Shown here: piece after piece, positions 1 through 12,200 of the stretch
Numbering within the stretch: position 1 is the first letter of the stretch
Layout: every line of letters starts with the position of its first letter
DNA from: Botryllus schlosseri
Taxonomy: Eukaryota
NCBI GenBank assembly: GCA_051294905.1
Contig: CM119372.1
Span: 8,310,001 to 8,374,000 of the forward strand
Length of the DNA stretch: 64,000 nucleotides
Direction of reading: 5' to 3'
Notes under the pieces: model-generated
Seen by the model: the letters and a program-made list of their open reading frames with translations, nothing else
Database searches by the model: none
Told to the model about the DNA's origin: nothing
Program-made: the position numbers and the translations under genes

Positions 1-443
1 GTTTACAACGGTAGGCCTATAAAGTAGGCTACAAGCTGTAAAATATCAAATGATAAGTTCACCGACAGCGCAAAATCTACGATACAAACGAAATGCAGAG
101 GTCAAAAAATGTTTGACTTTGCAAACAATTTTGACAAATTTTGACCTAACGCTACAATTTTGACCTAATTTTGACTTTTTTTGACATGTCAAAAAAAAAT
201 TGCCCTAGTTATGACTTTGAATCATCACTCCTACTTCGAAAATTCAATTTGACTTGAATTGTGACTTGACTCGTGACTTGACTTGACTTGACTCGACTTG
301 ACTCGAGTCACCTCCAAAAATCGAGTGACTTGACTTGACTCGAGTCACCTTCGAAAATCGATTGACTTGACTTGACTCGAGTCATAATCTGCAATGACTC
401 GAGATGACTCGTGACTCGAAGGTAGTGACTTGATCCCAACACT
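1..443. mobile_element. Right ends of two nested or adjacent MITEs: a TTTTGAC-rich element ending ...gcccta at about 208, and a GACTT/GACTC-rich element ending gatcccaacactg
   Basis: 1-208 matches 5610-5807. The GACTT/GACTC arrays and terminus resemble 33100-33243. Confidence 0.65.
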
Positions 444-649
444 GCTCGATATAGCATATTATATTAACCTCTATCAAGTAGCCTACCTAATATTCCTAAA
501 GTGACCGAACGACCAGTATATACATAAGCCTTACAGACCTTAATTAAAAGCACTTCGTTTGTGTTTCGTTTGCAACAATATTTTGATGCAATAAGTTGGG
601 TGTTGTCTTGGAATGATAATTTCCTACTTAATGTTTGTGATATCTTCAG

Positions 650-3600
650 GTTCTTGTGGAAATACTTCTGACACGAAGCGCCGAAGAGATAAAATGTATG
701 AAGGAAAGTTATTCCGTTAAATATCACCGTAGTCTTGAAACCGACATTGAGCAGAGCTGCTCCGGAAATTTGAAAACATTCCTTCTGAAAATTGTTGCGG
801 TAAGTATGGCGTCTCTCAATCAGAATTGCTGCAGCCTTAAAATAGTGAGTGTAAAATGTCGAAATCTCTAGGACAGTGGTTCTCAATCTTTTTGTTTTTG
901 CGGACCCCACGAACCTCCGTGGATTCCCTTGAGTTTTCGTTCAAAATTATACCAATTATCGTGCAACTATCATCTCTCTTGTGCAAATATTAACTGTAGG
1001 CTTGTGAGAAACAGCTACAAAATGACTTTGTTTTTTGAAAAGAACATCATACCATATGTAGAAATTGGGTAAACTTTTATTATTTGGAAGCGAATTTTAC
1101 AGCTGTATTTATTGTCTTAAAAATTCCAGTCTTCGATTTGATATGAACGAGTGCCGAAAATAATTCAACAAAGATAGGTGCTGGGGAATGTAATAGTAAC
1201 GCGCAACGCTTCCGACGACACCTTTTGGTATGATCGCAACATATATGGCACCAAAGTTGAAAAACAGAGTATTTAATGAACTTATAAAGTCCAGCCTTGT
1301 CATTTATATCTAGCATCTCATCTTGAAGTTATTCTGGAATGGTGGTTGCGTATGTCACAGGAGAAAATGGATTTCGTGACGTGGTTTCAATCCTTTCATT
1401 TGGGACAGATTAGGAAAACAATTCAGAAATTTCAGTAGCTATTGGCAATTTGTGTATTAAAATGAGTTTGTATAGTAGGATATTTTATCTCAGACGACTA
1501 TTGTAATGATGTTAGTCCTTAAGTTTTAGCAATTAGGAAGCAAAACTGTCTCATGATTTCCCTAATTAAACAAACACAAATCAGGTTATCAACCATTTTA
1601 CAAATTCAGAGGTTTCGCGGACCCCCTGAAAACGCTTCGCGGAACGCCGGTTGAGAACCACTGCTCTTGGACTCATAATTAGCGTTGGCCAAAATAGAGT
1701 TCCTGAGTGATTCAATTCTGAATCGAGTATTTGGTTTCGAGTCGAATCGAGCATGCATCCTTTATGCTACCACAAAGACAATAATGCCCGTTCTGCACCA
1801 CGTTGAAGATAGTTTGGTATTTACTCGACCATGCAATTTCATTGCACTTTATGACAATGCTGTGGGGTGATCATGACTTCACAGATTTGTCCTTTTCACT
1901 AAGGTGCGTAGCCTTGCACTATATACGATTCGTTCGCTGCGATACGAGATACGACCAATCGAGGTTTCAAGGGTTTCACTATTGAATAATAACATGGGAT
2001 AGTAACGAGCGATTTTGCAGCTTTGTTCCGCTTCGCTGAGGCTGTTTCGGAATTGTTTTACGGCAGCGACTATAGGACTTCTGGCTATCCAAAAGTTATC
2101 TTCAAGATCGGAGAAGATACTGAATCTGGTTTTGATCGAAAGCTACTGTCGCACCGATCCCGAAAATATAAATTAATACATGATCAGGCGATGAACCCCC
2201 CGGAATTCGCCCTCCAAGTCTGCATTATCGGCATTGTCCGAGCAATCGGAGAGCCGCAACGGTCCATTGTTATGGTCATTGTTTTGCAGTCATCCTATAG
2301 CTCTGAACAATGAAGATTTTAGAAGTAGATGGTAGTTTACATTCGGTACTTCCACGGTGGAAAATACTAGCAAAACTATAATTTCCGCCCCTCTCAAGGA
2401 ATTTCACTACTTGAAAGATTCTTTTCTCACGACTAGATACGAATGATTAGAATTAATAAATCGATTCAGATTCGAGTACACGAATCATTGTGCCCAGCCC
2501 TACTCATAATCTGTCACTTGTAACCTATATCTTGACACATGCCGGGTCGCCATTAGCGCGATTTGCTACAGCGCTTATACTAATCAGTTAAACAAACTTG
2601 GCATGTATAAGTGGATATTGAGGTTACGAATAAACGGTTCGCCACAACCCCAGTCATCAATCCCATGCTCATATAACCTATCGCAAGATACACAATTACA
2701 CATCGCTTTCCGACCAGTCGATAATAGCCAGTAAAGTTCGTCTCCTCACGACTTTCGTTACCAAACTAGCTGTTTTTGTCCCTCGCTATTCTGTCCGGAT
2801 TCCATGTCTCACAGCTTAGTCAATTCGGATCAAGTAGCAAGGTTCGCTTATATAACCTTCAATTCGCAGGAGGTTCGAGATGGTGACGAAACGCGTACTT
2901 CGGCTGATATCTCGAAAAGAGACGCGACCGTTTTGAAAGAGATCAGCCATGCAAATGTAGATAATCTGCTCGACATACTGTGCAAGAGGAGTTACTCACA
3001 ACTAAATGCGATTTTGGAATGTTACCACGCAGTAATATTATTGATATATTGAAGAAATTATTGATGGAACATTTCAGATGTGATTAATATATGCAGGACC
3101 GTAACTGCCGCACTCCAAACCCGCAAATGGGGGTTGAAGGGGGGTGGGGGCGAGCTCGAAGAGGGGCCCAAAATTATTTCGTAAATTAGCATAAATGATA
3201 AAGTTTTTTTGGAAATTTTGCAGCTTTTGCAACTTTTTATGTTGCCAAATATCTAGGTTATTGGGTGCTGTACCTCCCCCCTCCTAAGAAAATATACGCA
3301 TGATTTATACAAATGGGCATTTCGGCGTCACCCATTACCGCGCCACGACGCCCCAAGACATATACAGTTTTGAGCCATGTAACATGCGACTCCAAGAAGT
3401 GTGCCAGAACTATCGTCGGCGAGAAAGCTTGTGCCGAAAAGGACTGCCCTTATGCTGACCGAAAACCTCAATATGTATACATTATACATAAGCCTACATA
3501 TATAATTGTCCATAGGCACCTAAATGGCAGACACCAAATGTTACTGCCCTGGCAATCTGAAACTTACAAGACAAATACCTACCCACGAGGAAAATATAAT

Positions 3601-6300
3601 AGCCAGTGAAGAAATCTCAATTTGAAATCGAGTGCGTATTTTAGTTTAGCACGTTTGGGTGTTATCAATATGTTTTGACGTAACATACAGGAGGTCACGA
3701 AACAACATCATATAACGAAGTCATTATACCGCCGGAATATGCTTAATTATTATTCACGGGCCCTATATACAGTTTCCAAGACACCTCATTCAGCTCGACC
3801 GGAAAATCTGATTACTAGGACATGTTTTTGCAACTTTTGCAACATTTTTTACCGCTTCCGGCTGCTTCTTAAATACACGGAACTTATGTAGTATGGTGTT
3901 TTAAGCTGTTGAAGGAATCGTATGTTGCAACTTTTTTGCAGCTTTTTCGATTTTTCATGGGATCTTTTTGCAACTTTTTTCGATTTTTCATGAAACTTTT
4001 TGCAAGTTTCTTCTGTTTTTCATGCAACTAACTTTTTACTGGAAAAATTTGGCACTTCATACAAATAGATCACTTTATTATTTCAGTGTCGTTTAAATTT
4101 GAGGTCCTTTCTGATTTGACGTACAGTCATGCGAGACCGCCGAAAATAATATTTTCACTGGGTCAATTTTTTCAGGCTATTGATTTTATTGAAGTCGCCA
4201 ACACTGGATTTTGCTACGGTGTCTTGGATACAGATCGATTCCAATATCTCATACCCTAATAATTTCAAGGAACTTGTCTAAAAATGCAACGTTTTACTGC
4301 AACTTTTGTGAAAAGTAAATGCAACTTTCCAGGGATTTGACTACAACAAAAACTTGCCCTACCGATTACGTGAGCCGGGGGGATGAAAATTGATAGCAAC
4401 ATATATGCAATTTCCGATCATATTGACCGATTTAATCATGAATTGTTGAAAATTTTCGTGCTACGCGGGGTTCGGTGTTAATACGCGGCTCACTAAACAG
4501 TACAATAAATGGCGTTTATATGTCGCGACAAACACGACTAACCTGATGAGGATATGGGGGGCGGAGTCCCCCAGAATTTTGATTTAACACCCCATCAAGG
4601 GCCCAAGACCCACGTTTTTAGGGGGGGGCTGGCGAAGTGCTGTTACGGTCCTGAATATATGGAATTTACGTTTCATCTTGTTACTTTCCGCGGAATCATT
4701 TTGAATTCGAGTCGATGGATGTTTGAATGATTCAAACTTACTTCACTAAGCGGAAATAATTACTAAGGTTTAGTAAACGGCGTAAACGCTGTAAATAACA
4801 GCTGTTAATGTTACCACAGCCCGTTCATGAATATCAGCTAGACTCGGAATAACTTGCGCGAGTCCATATGTTATTATACGCTCATCCAAATTACACTACG
4901 GATTACAGGCAAACACCAAGGTCATCAATTAAAGTAAATATGTAGTATAATATCCAGTTTTATCATAATGCTATATACAAATCGGCAACACTACAGTATT
5001 CGAAATCAGTAATTTTACGTGTCGAGCTGTATTTCCGGGTGTGGAATTATGCTCCTGTGATCAGTTATCACTAGTGCGATTTTTTTGACCTAAAACGAAA
5101 GATTTGGACCTAACAAATCAAAATTTTGACTTTTTTACCTTAAAAACTTAACTTTTTACCTAATTTTGACCTTACGTATGTAAATTAGGTGTTTTCCCAC
5201 AAAATCTTAGAATTGTACTACTTATTTTAATTTCTGGTTTGAACTATTTGCCATTACGAATTAGTTAGGCATGAGCAAACTAATTGAAATTTGCTGTATA
5301 GTACAACGAAAGATACTTTCCCACATTCTCGGGTAGTAAGTGTCTGTCCTTACGAAGTAGCTTGAACTTGTTGGCTGGCAACACTAAAGCTGTGTGTACA
5401 GTAAACGGCTGGTGACACACCGTGTTGCTTCATTCTAACAATTTTGTCTACATCACAATTTTTGACTATGCGCTTCTTGATATAAGAACCATGCAATGCC
5501 CAAGCAGACTTGCTTCCGTTAGGTCATTGCGGTACGTCGATCATAACACCGTGCCAACTTCTTTGTTTGATTTGGCCGTTTATGATTCACAATGAGAAGA
5601 CAATGGGCCGTCTACAACGGTAGGCCGATAAATTGAGCTACAAGTTGTAAAATATGAATGATAAGTTCACCCACAGTGCAAACATCTACGATACAAACAA
5701 AATGTAGGTTGCAAAATAATTTTGACATTGTAAATAATTTTGACATTTTTTGACCTAACGCTGCAATTTTGAAAAATGTTTGACTTTTTTGACAAAAAAT
5801 CGTCCTATAGTTATTAGATACGATGCTTTCTATTGTCTAATCCGTCAATATGACGTGTTTTTGAAATATATGATATCTACATACCATTTCAGCCTATATC
5901 ATACCTTTTCGCAGCTCTCACCGGATTGCGATATACAGAAAAAGATTTCATCGGAATTTCATGGAGAATTCAAAGACGCACTAAAAAGTCAACTCAAAGT
6001 CATTGAAAGCAAGCCGCAGTTTTTCGTTGAGAAACTCTACAGATCGATGAAAGGAGTAGGGACAGATGATGAGACACTGATGAGGATCATTATCACCAGA
6101 TGTGAAGTGAGCTGAATGTCAACTGGCTTCGAACTATACTGATCACCAGTAAATGTGTTTTCAATGATTTATCCCAGGTTGACCTGCGCGATATTAAGAC
6201 CAGCTTTCAGGCCACGCATGGGAAAAGTTTGTCCAAGTTTATCGAAGGCGACACCAGTGGATCATACAGAAAGCTGTTGCTTGCGATTGTGGACCAATGA
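650..6300 (+). CDS. Annexin, 3' part (repeats 2-4); 5' exons lie upstream of the window. Exons 650-799, 2870-3031, 5915-6106, 6178-6300
   Basis: Four phase-0 exons with AG/GT boundaries translate contiguously: VLVEILLTRSAEEIKCMKESY...LETDIEQSCSGNLKTFLLKIVA / EVRDGDE...DILCKRSYSQLNAILECYHA / ...EKLYRSMKGVGTDDETLMRIIITRCE / VDLRDIKTSF...FIEGDTSGSYRKLLLAIVDQ*. These contain the classic annexin repeat-4 MKGxGTDD and DTSG motifs. Confidence 0.95.
874..1663. mobile_element. Non-autonomous hAT (Charlie/Buster-like) element with a transposase C-terminal relic
   Basis: TIRs cagtggttctcaa...ttgagaaccactg; 8-bp TSD ctctagga/ctcttgga. The minus-strand peptide FSALVHIKSKT resembles the hAT C-terminal dimerisation region. 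Confidence 0.8.
1680..2502. mobile_element. hAT-like MITE, TAGGGCTGGGC-type ends
   Basis: Perfect 8-bp TSD ctcataat. Related copies at 59121-59631, about 52504-52790 and about 50050-50130. Confidence 0.8.
3094..4653. mobile_element. hAT-like MITE (caggaccgtaac ends) with a second MITE nested at 3816-4361
   Basis: TIRs caggaccgtaac/gttacggtcctg; perfect TSD aatatatg. The inner element has TSD ctgattac/ccgattac. Fragments of the same family lie at about 13930, 17100-18255, 24590-25329 and 54803-55350. Confidence 0.85.
5072..5807. mobile_element. MITE with TTTTGAC subterminal arrays
   Basis: Ends tagtgcgatttttt...aaaaatcgtccta; its 3' part is duplicated at 1-208. Confidence 0.7.
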
Positions 6301-7401
6301 ATTCGAAAATGGCGTTTTTGCCACAACACTGGTACATTTCGTAATGTGGTCGAGGACCGTAACTTGCTGAAGAAAGCAAATTTTCAAGACAGTTGGGACA
6401 CAAAACCGGTTCCTGTAGCTACGTCAATTGAAACGCGTGCAACTGTCTGTACAGTGTAAATCTATTGTGACATGTCAATATAATTTCATGTAGGATATAT
6501 TCTGATGGCATTATTATGTAGTCCGCAAGTGTCTTTTTCGCCGAGCGCCTTTAGAAAGCTCTCGCTCAGTCGTCTAGCCGGTGAGACTTACAGCTCAATA
6601 GGTCTCTTAGTGATGATATTGTCCCCGTGGCGTCTTTCTCATTTGTTCTTCAATTTGTATGTTGATCCCTGGCGTTAATGATTTACATTCAGCCCGGAGT
6701 TGTCAAAGTAGTTGGCATTGATACTAAAATATATGTAAGCCTAACGCTGTATATTTGTACTCAATTACAAGTAGAAGTAGCAATATATTGGATAATCCAA
6801 TATAAAACGAAATGTATGAAAAGTACTCGAGCCAGTAGCTTAGAAATAGATTTGGTTTGGGCGTTGCATACTTTTAGTGGCCAGTCGGGGTAAGATACTT
6901 CCGTGATTGAAAGGTCATAATATTCACGGCGAGCCCAAATCACTAAGTGATATCAGGAATTGGTACAGCGTTCGAGAAAGTACACTGTTACCGTGGAATG
7001 GGGTATTTCGCACGGTTGTCACGGTAGTTTCACTCATAATACCCTATCCAATATAATGCTAACTTCACAAAATGTAAGTATCTGATCATTTCGGGATAGC
7101 GTGCGGTGGAGACGAAATATAAATATTTTCAACCCCACTATCAAAGCACCTCAATATTGCTGGCGAACATAAACTCACCTTCTTACTGACTGGAAGAGAT
7201 ATTTGGAGACCCACCAGCCGTGACTGAAAAGTTCCTGAAACTGTTCATTGTTTTGTGGCATGGAGATATATGAGAATGGTAGAAAATTGAATTGGAGCAT
7301 CTATAACAGCGCCCCCCCCCCCCCCCCATCCAATATCGTCATATCACTAAATGCAACCAGAATGCTAGTAATCCCAACGGATATTTTGATCATTGAGTCC
7401 T

Positions 7402-8721
7402 ACACAAGCAAATCTCCCGGTTCAGTGAAATTGGTTTACGTCATACTTTCCATTCGGTCAAAGGGAATTTGACGGTAGTTTTTGACAGGCTTGCCGAGCA
7501 TTAAATTTGATGAAACGGGTATCAATCGAAAGATACCGCGGTACTAATTGGAAAATATCAATTTTATTCTGCTCGTGGTCCCGGAACCCCCAAAATCAGC
7601 CTCAAATGTTGCCTCGTAACAGAATTTGAAATTACGACGCAACAATGCCGTCTGGGAGCAGGAGAGCAGCAGTGCAAACCGCAAGCTAATTCTGATATAA
7701 TATATATCAGTGGTTCGAAGACTGGGGCGCGTGAAAGCATCTGAAGGGGAGCGGCCATTGTTCTGTAACCGATTGAGCATTCACACTCTCACTCTCGTGC
7801 GCACTAGCTCCTGAGCTTCTCAGTAGGGCTCTTCAAAAATGACTTTTTTTCTCAAATCGTACTGGCTACTTGATAAAATTGTTAGGTTACCTAATTTAAG
7901 CCTACACACAAAATTTGGTCCAATTCCAGCCAGTAACCGCTTTGCTACAGGAGAAGAAAGTTTCTATTTATTATATAAAAATAAATAATAAAAAATTTGA
8001 AAATTTTCTGTTCACCCCATGAAAGTGCTAGGCTGTCTATAGAAACGATGCTCACCAAATTTGGTTCAATTCCAACCGGTGGAAGCGGAGTTATTGCCGT
8101 CGAAAAATTTAGATTTGAATAAAATAGTATTTACGGTGACCGATTCTTTGTTTATTTATTATAATTGTGCTCACCGTAAATACTATTTTATTCAAATCCA
8201 AATTTTTCGACGGCAATAACTCCGCTTCCACTGGTTGGAATTAAACCAAATTTGGTGAGCATCGTTTCTATAGACAGCCTAACACTCTCATGGGGTGAAC
8301 AGAGAATTTTCAAATTTTTTATCATTTATTTTTATATAATAAATAGAAACTTACTTCTCCTGTAGCAAAGCGGTTACTGGCTGGAATTGAACCAAACTTT
8401 GTGTGTAGGCTTAAATTAGGTAACCTAACAATTTCATCAAGTAGCCAGTACGATTTGGGAAAAAAGTCATTTTTGAAGAGCCCTACTGCTCAGTCGGCAT
8501 CGCTGCGTCATTATACCAAACTCCGTTACAATGCAACATTCGCGACTAGTTTTGAGGGGTTCCAGGACCATAATTTATATTTTCGCAATCAGTACCGCGG
8601 TAGCTTTCGATTGATATCCGTTTTATCAAATTTAATGCTCGGCAAGTCCGTCAAAGTGCATTTGACCACATGGAAAGTGTGACGCAGACCAATTACACTG
8701 AGCCGTGGGATTTGCTTGTGT
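7402..8721. mobile_element. Fold-back element with long inverted arms, hosting the 7824-8485 palindromic MITE
   Basis: acacaagcaaatctcccggttcagtgaaattgg at 7402 is inverted at 8689-8721, and 7490-7600 is inverted at 8556-8647. Same family as 52799-53191. Confidence 0.75.
7824..8485. mobile_element. Near-perfect palindromic MITE of about 660 bp (TAGGG...CCCTA)
   Basis: Arms of about 320 bp are reverse complements of each other; flanks cttctcag/ctgctcag (7/8 TSD). Second copy at 43223-43878. Confidence 0.9.
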
Positions 8722-9255
8722 CCACACCATATTGGACACCATGGATTGATCGCATGGGAGGTAATGGATGTTGATGAGAGAATTCTCACGTATGAAATTC
8801 GGACAAAACACAGAGCAAAAACCAGGAGTTCAAGTTAAATCGCGCCGAGCGTGAAAAATATTTTTCAGTTGACCGCAGCTTCGCGCTCCCCTTCAGACGC
8901 TTTCACGCGTCCCAGTCTTCGAACCACTGATCTATATTATATCAGAATTTTTCCGGATACGATTTTGAGCCCGAAATGAAATATATTATATATAATTGCA
9001 CAGTGCACACCCTCGCCTACTCTTGCATCACTTTCAGTAAAACCTGAACCCAACATTTAATAATGCTATATGCGGTATTTTATTGATGATAGTAAATTGA
9101 AATCGCTATCAGACAGGATCTATATATGTAAAGCAATAAAGTAACACACGCGTTGCGATAATTATATCCGGAGTGCTAGGTCTCCTAAATTGAATACAGC
9201 GAAAGTATGGTGCTGGATGCGGTAAATTTCTTCGTATAGCTGAACATTTGCTTGC

Positions 9256-12200
9256 TTATCGAAGTCCGCAAGCACTGACACACTTTCCCTTCGCTCTTTG
9301 GTATATCTCGAAGTATGTGTGGTATTTTGCGTAGTTAACTTTCCATGCGGCCATCAGTTGACTTGGGTCTGGAAATAGATAGATATAGCGATGAAGGTAC
9401 ATCTATATAGTTGCAGGTAAAGGTAAATTACAGATAGTGTAATATTCAGCTTAATTGTTAGTTGTTACAACGGTATTCTTTTGGGGGTGTGTTGCAGTAT
9501 AGAAACAGAGGTGTTCAAATTAGTCAACGTTGCTACTCGTGTAGAGAAGCTATCAGGGTTGTAATGACTCGAGTCATGACTCGACTCGACTCGAGTCCGA
9601 CTCGAGTCACGATTTTCTGATGACTCGAGACTCAAACGGCCAAGACAGACATTTCATTGTAATTTCGAACAATAGTTAAGTGACCAGTGTGACTACACTA
9701 TTGGGATATCGTCTATTGGTACTGGTACTTGAAAATGCGACCAGAAACTACTAAAAGTGAGGAAATTAGTGCATTATCAATGCGAACCATTCGATATCAC
9801 CAAGCAGAGTTATAAAAAGTGGGTTTAACGAGACTTCAACTGGAAACTGAGCAGTCAACACAATGACTTGGACTCGGACTCGAGTCCTAATATCATGACT
9901 CGGACACGACCCTCTGCCCGATGACTTGGACTCGGACATGACTCGGTGGTGAATTGAAAATGACTCGACTTGACTCGAGTCAAAACTATAAAAGTGAGAT
10001 TGACTTGTGACTCAGAGCCTTGTGCCTTCGTTACAACCCTGGAAGCTATACCATAAATTGCTACTCAATTACAAGTAGAATTAGCAATTTCAAGGACATT
10101 TAAAACTACTCCAAGTCACAGATGCCGAAAATGATGATCAGAATAAAAAGTAACTAGCCTTGTCTGAAAAACTGTCAGATAGAAGTGTAAGTAGTCTAAA
10201 TACATAACCACTTGAACAGTAGCCTACAAGTGGACGAAACATACTTCTGTATACCAGGACTAAGCAGACGTTCTTCGATACTGACCACCTATATAATATA
10301 CACGAGAAATCCATGCGTACCGCCTAGGTCACGTTTAAAACATGCGTATGCACATTATCGCAGTGTCAATCTGTAAAATGAGGAGAATACTCATCTTATA
10401 CGAATATATTTCTACCTTCGTATCGTCCGTCCGCACACTCGCAAACGTGACATCCGAACGCGTCAGTGCTGCATCGCGCCGCGTCGGAATCCTTGCATCT
10501 TATAAGCGGGTTTGAGTCGCAAGTGTTTTTTAAGTCCTCCCACAGATCGTCCATATCTTCGCGTCTGCTATTGCAACTTTCGACCCTGCGGGATAGAAGG
10601 AACGTGATTGAAATTACTGTCTGCTTCATGCGGAGAGTAGGCTAGTCTACGCTGTAGCAATACTCAGGGAGATAGCCTTCTGAACAAAAAGAATGTTACT
10701 CGTAAACCCATCAAATTCATAGAGGAATTTCCTGAGGTTAATGTCCACAATAATCGGTGTAGCACATATAGCCATGGGTCAAAAAGTGCTTCTGTTTCCT
10801 TTCGATCCATATGGGACACAGTCATCATAATGTCAATGTCATTTTGAGTCATTGCAGGAATTCGTCAGTCCGTTCAGAGTTCTGAATTCCTTAGCAGATA
10901 TTCATAGATAGCATGGGCACACTAAGTGAGAACGTGAACGATATTCGTTTGTAACTAAAACGTATAGTTAAAACAAATCATTCAGCGTGAACGATACGAT
11001 TTTAACTGAAACGCATTTACAACAAATTATTGGAATTATTCAGCAAAATGTTATTGTTGATAGTAGACCTGTGCTAATAAAAATATCCGTCAAGGGTTTC
11101 AGAACGTTTGTATTGTTCATGAACCTAAGTAGGGTCCAAGACACATAGGGCGTGGCGATCTTGAGAACGTACGTTGAATATCACGCCAGGTATCTGCGAT
11201 ACAATGAACATCCGGTTCTCTTAAAGATCTGATGGGGAAGACCACAGTAAATGTCCGCTTATCCAACCGCAAAGACGCCCACGGGGCTATGATTCATGGC
11301 GACTGGTTTTGAATGCCTATATAAATGCCTGCTATTTTCTTTTCCCGTTCTGATAAACATAGAACAGTCAATTTCATCTTCCTGTATACAATGCTTATCA
11401 TACGCAACATAAACACAGCTATGGTGCTGCTCTTATATGGATTTATTATTCGTATTTAGCAATGTGGAGCACTCACCACCACTTCGTCATCCCCATTTTC
11501 CATTTATACGTCGTGCACTTCCACTGCGACAAATAGCAGGACCACGACCGCAAAAGTTCAGTTGGCGACCCTCTGATGTCTAGCTCAGGGCAGTCTCTCT
11601 CGCAAAATTCAAAATCTGCGGCAAAGTATTCCGGTAATCGAAGTCTATACTTCAAAAACGAGGTGTGAAATGCCAACCTGCGCACTCGTAGTCGCGAATG
11701 CAACGCCTATCAGTCAAACTCCTCAGCATAAACCCTTGTGGACACACACACGGGTCGAGTGCGCAATTCCTGGTGCAAAGAAACGGGAATGGATTCCCGC
11801 ACGTTGCTGGGCATGCAGTTGCACATTCGCTAAAGATCTTCGGAAAGTCACATGTTGTTGTTGTTGAGGTCGGAAGAGGTGGAGGAGTAGCAGGAGTGGT
11901 CGTAACAGGATCAGTCGAAGCTGTCAATATAACCATCGTTATTCTTCCATTCGGCTGCCATAGCCTTCACTACCTCAGCGAAATGAATTGTCGTTGTAAT
12001 AGTTTTACCAAACTCAATACCAGAAGATATGGAACGGTCGCGGTACGGGGACAAATACCAGAACGTATTGTAGGGGCAGAACTTATAGCAGCAAATACAG
12101 CCAGAAACAAAATGTTGATCACGTCTTATTGAATTAACCGTGGGATTGCACCATATATCGCAACGAATGTGCGGCGATAATTGAGTGTCACAATATTGGG

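Noticed and set aside
250..430. GACTT/GACTC arrays (also 9560-10020 and 24000-24570) as CRISPR-like or satellite repeats
   Set aside because: There is no constant repeat with unique spacers. They are subterminal motifs of TIR/TSD-bounded MITEs in a eukaryotic genome.
12059..12124. Hydrophobic minus-strand stretch VINILFLAVFAAISSAPTIRS with a phase-1 donor, resembling a signal-peptide exon for a stand-alone TIL gene
   Set aside because: It has no ATG (GTG preceded by an in-frame TAA), and another TIL exon lies upstream at 12309-12494 that splices in phase. It is probably intronic coincidence, though a minor alternative exon is not excluded.
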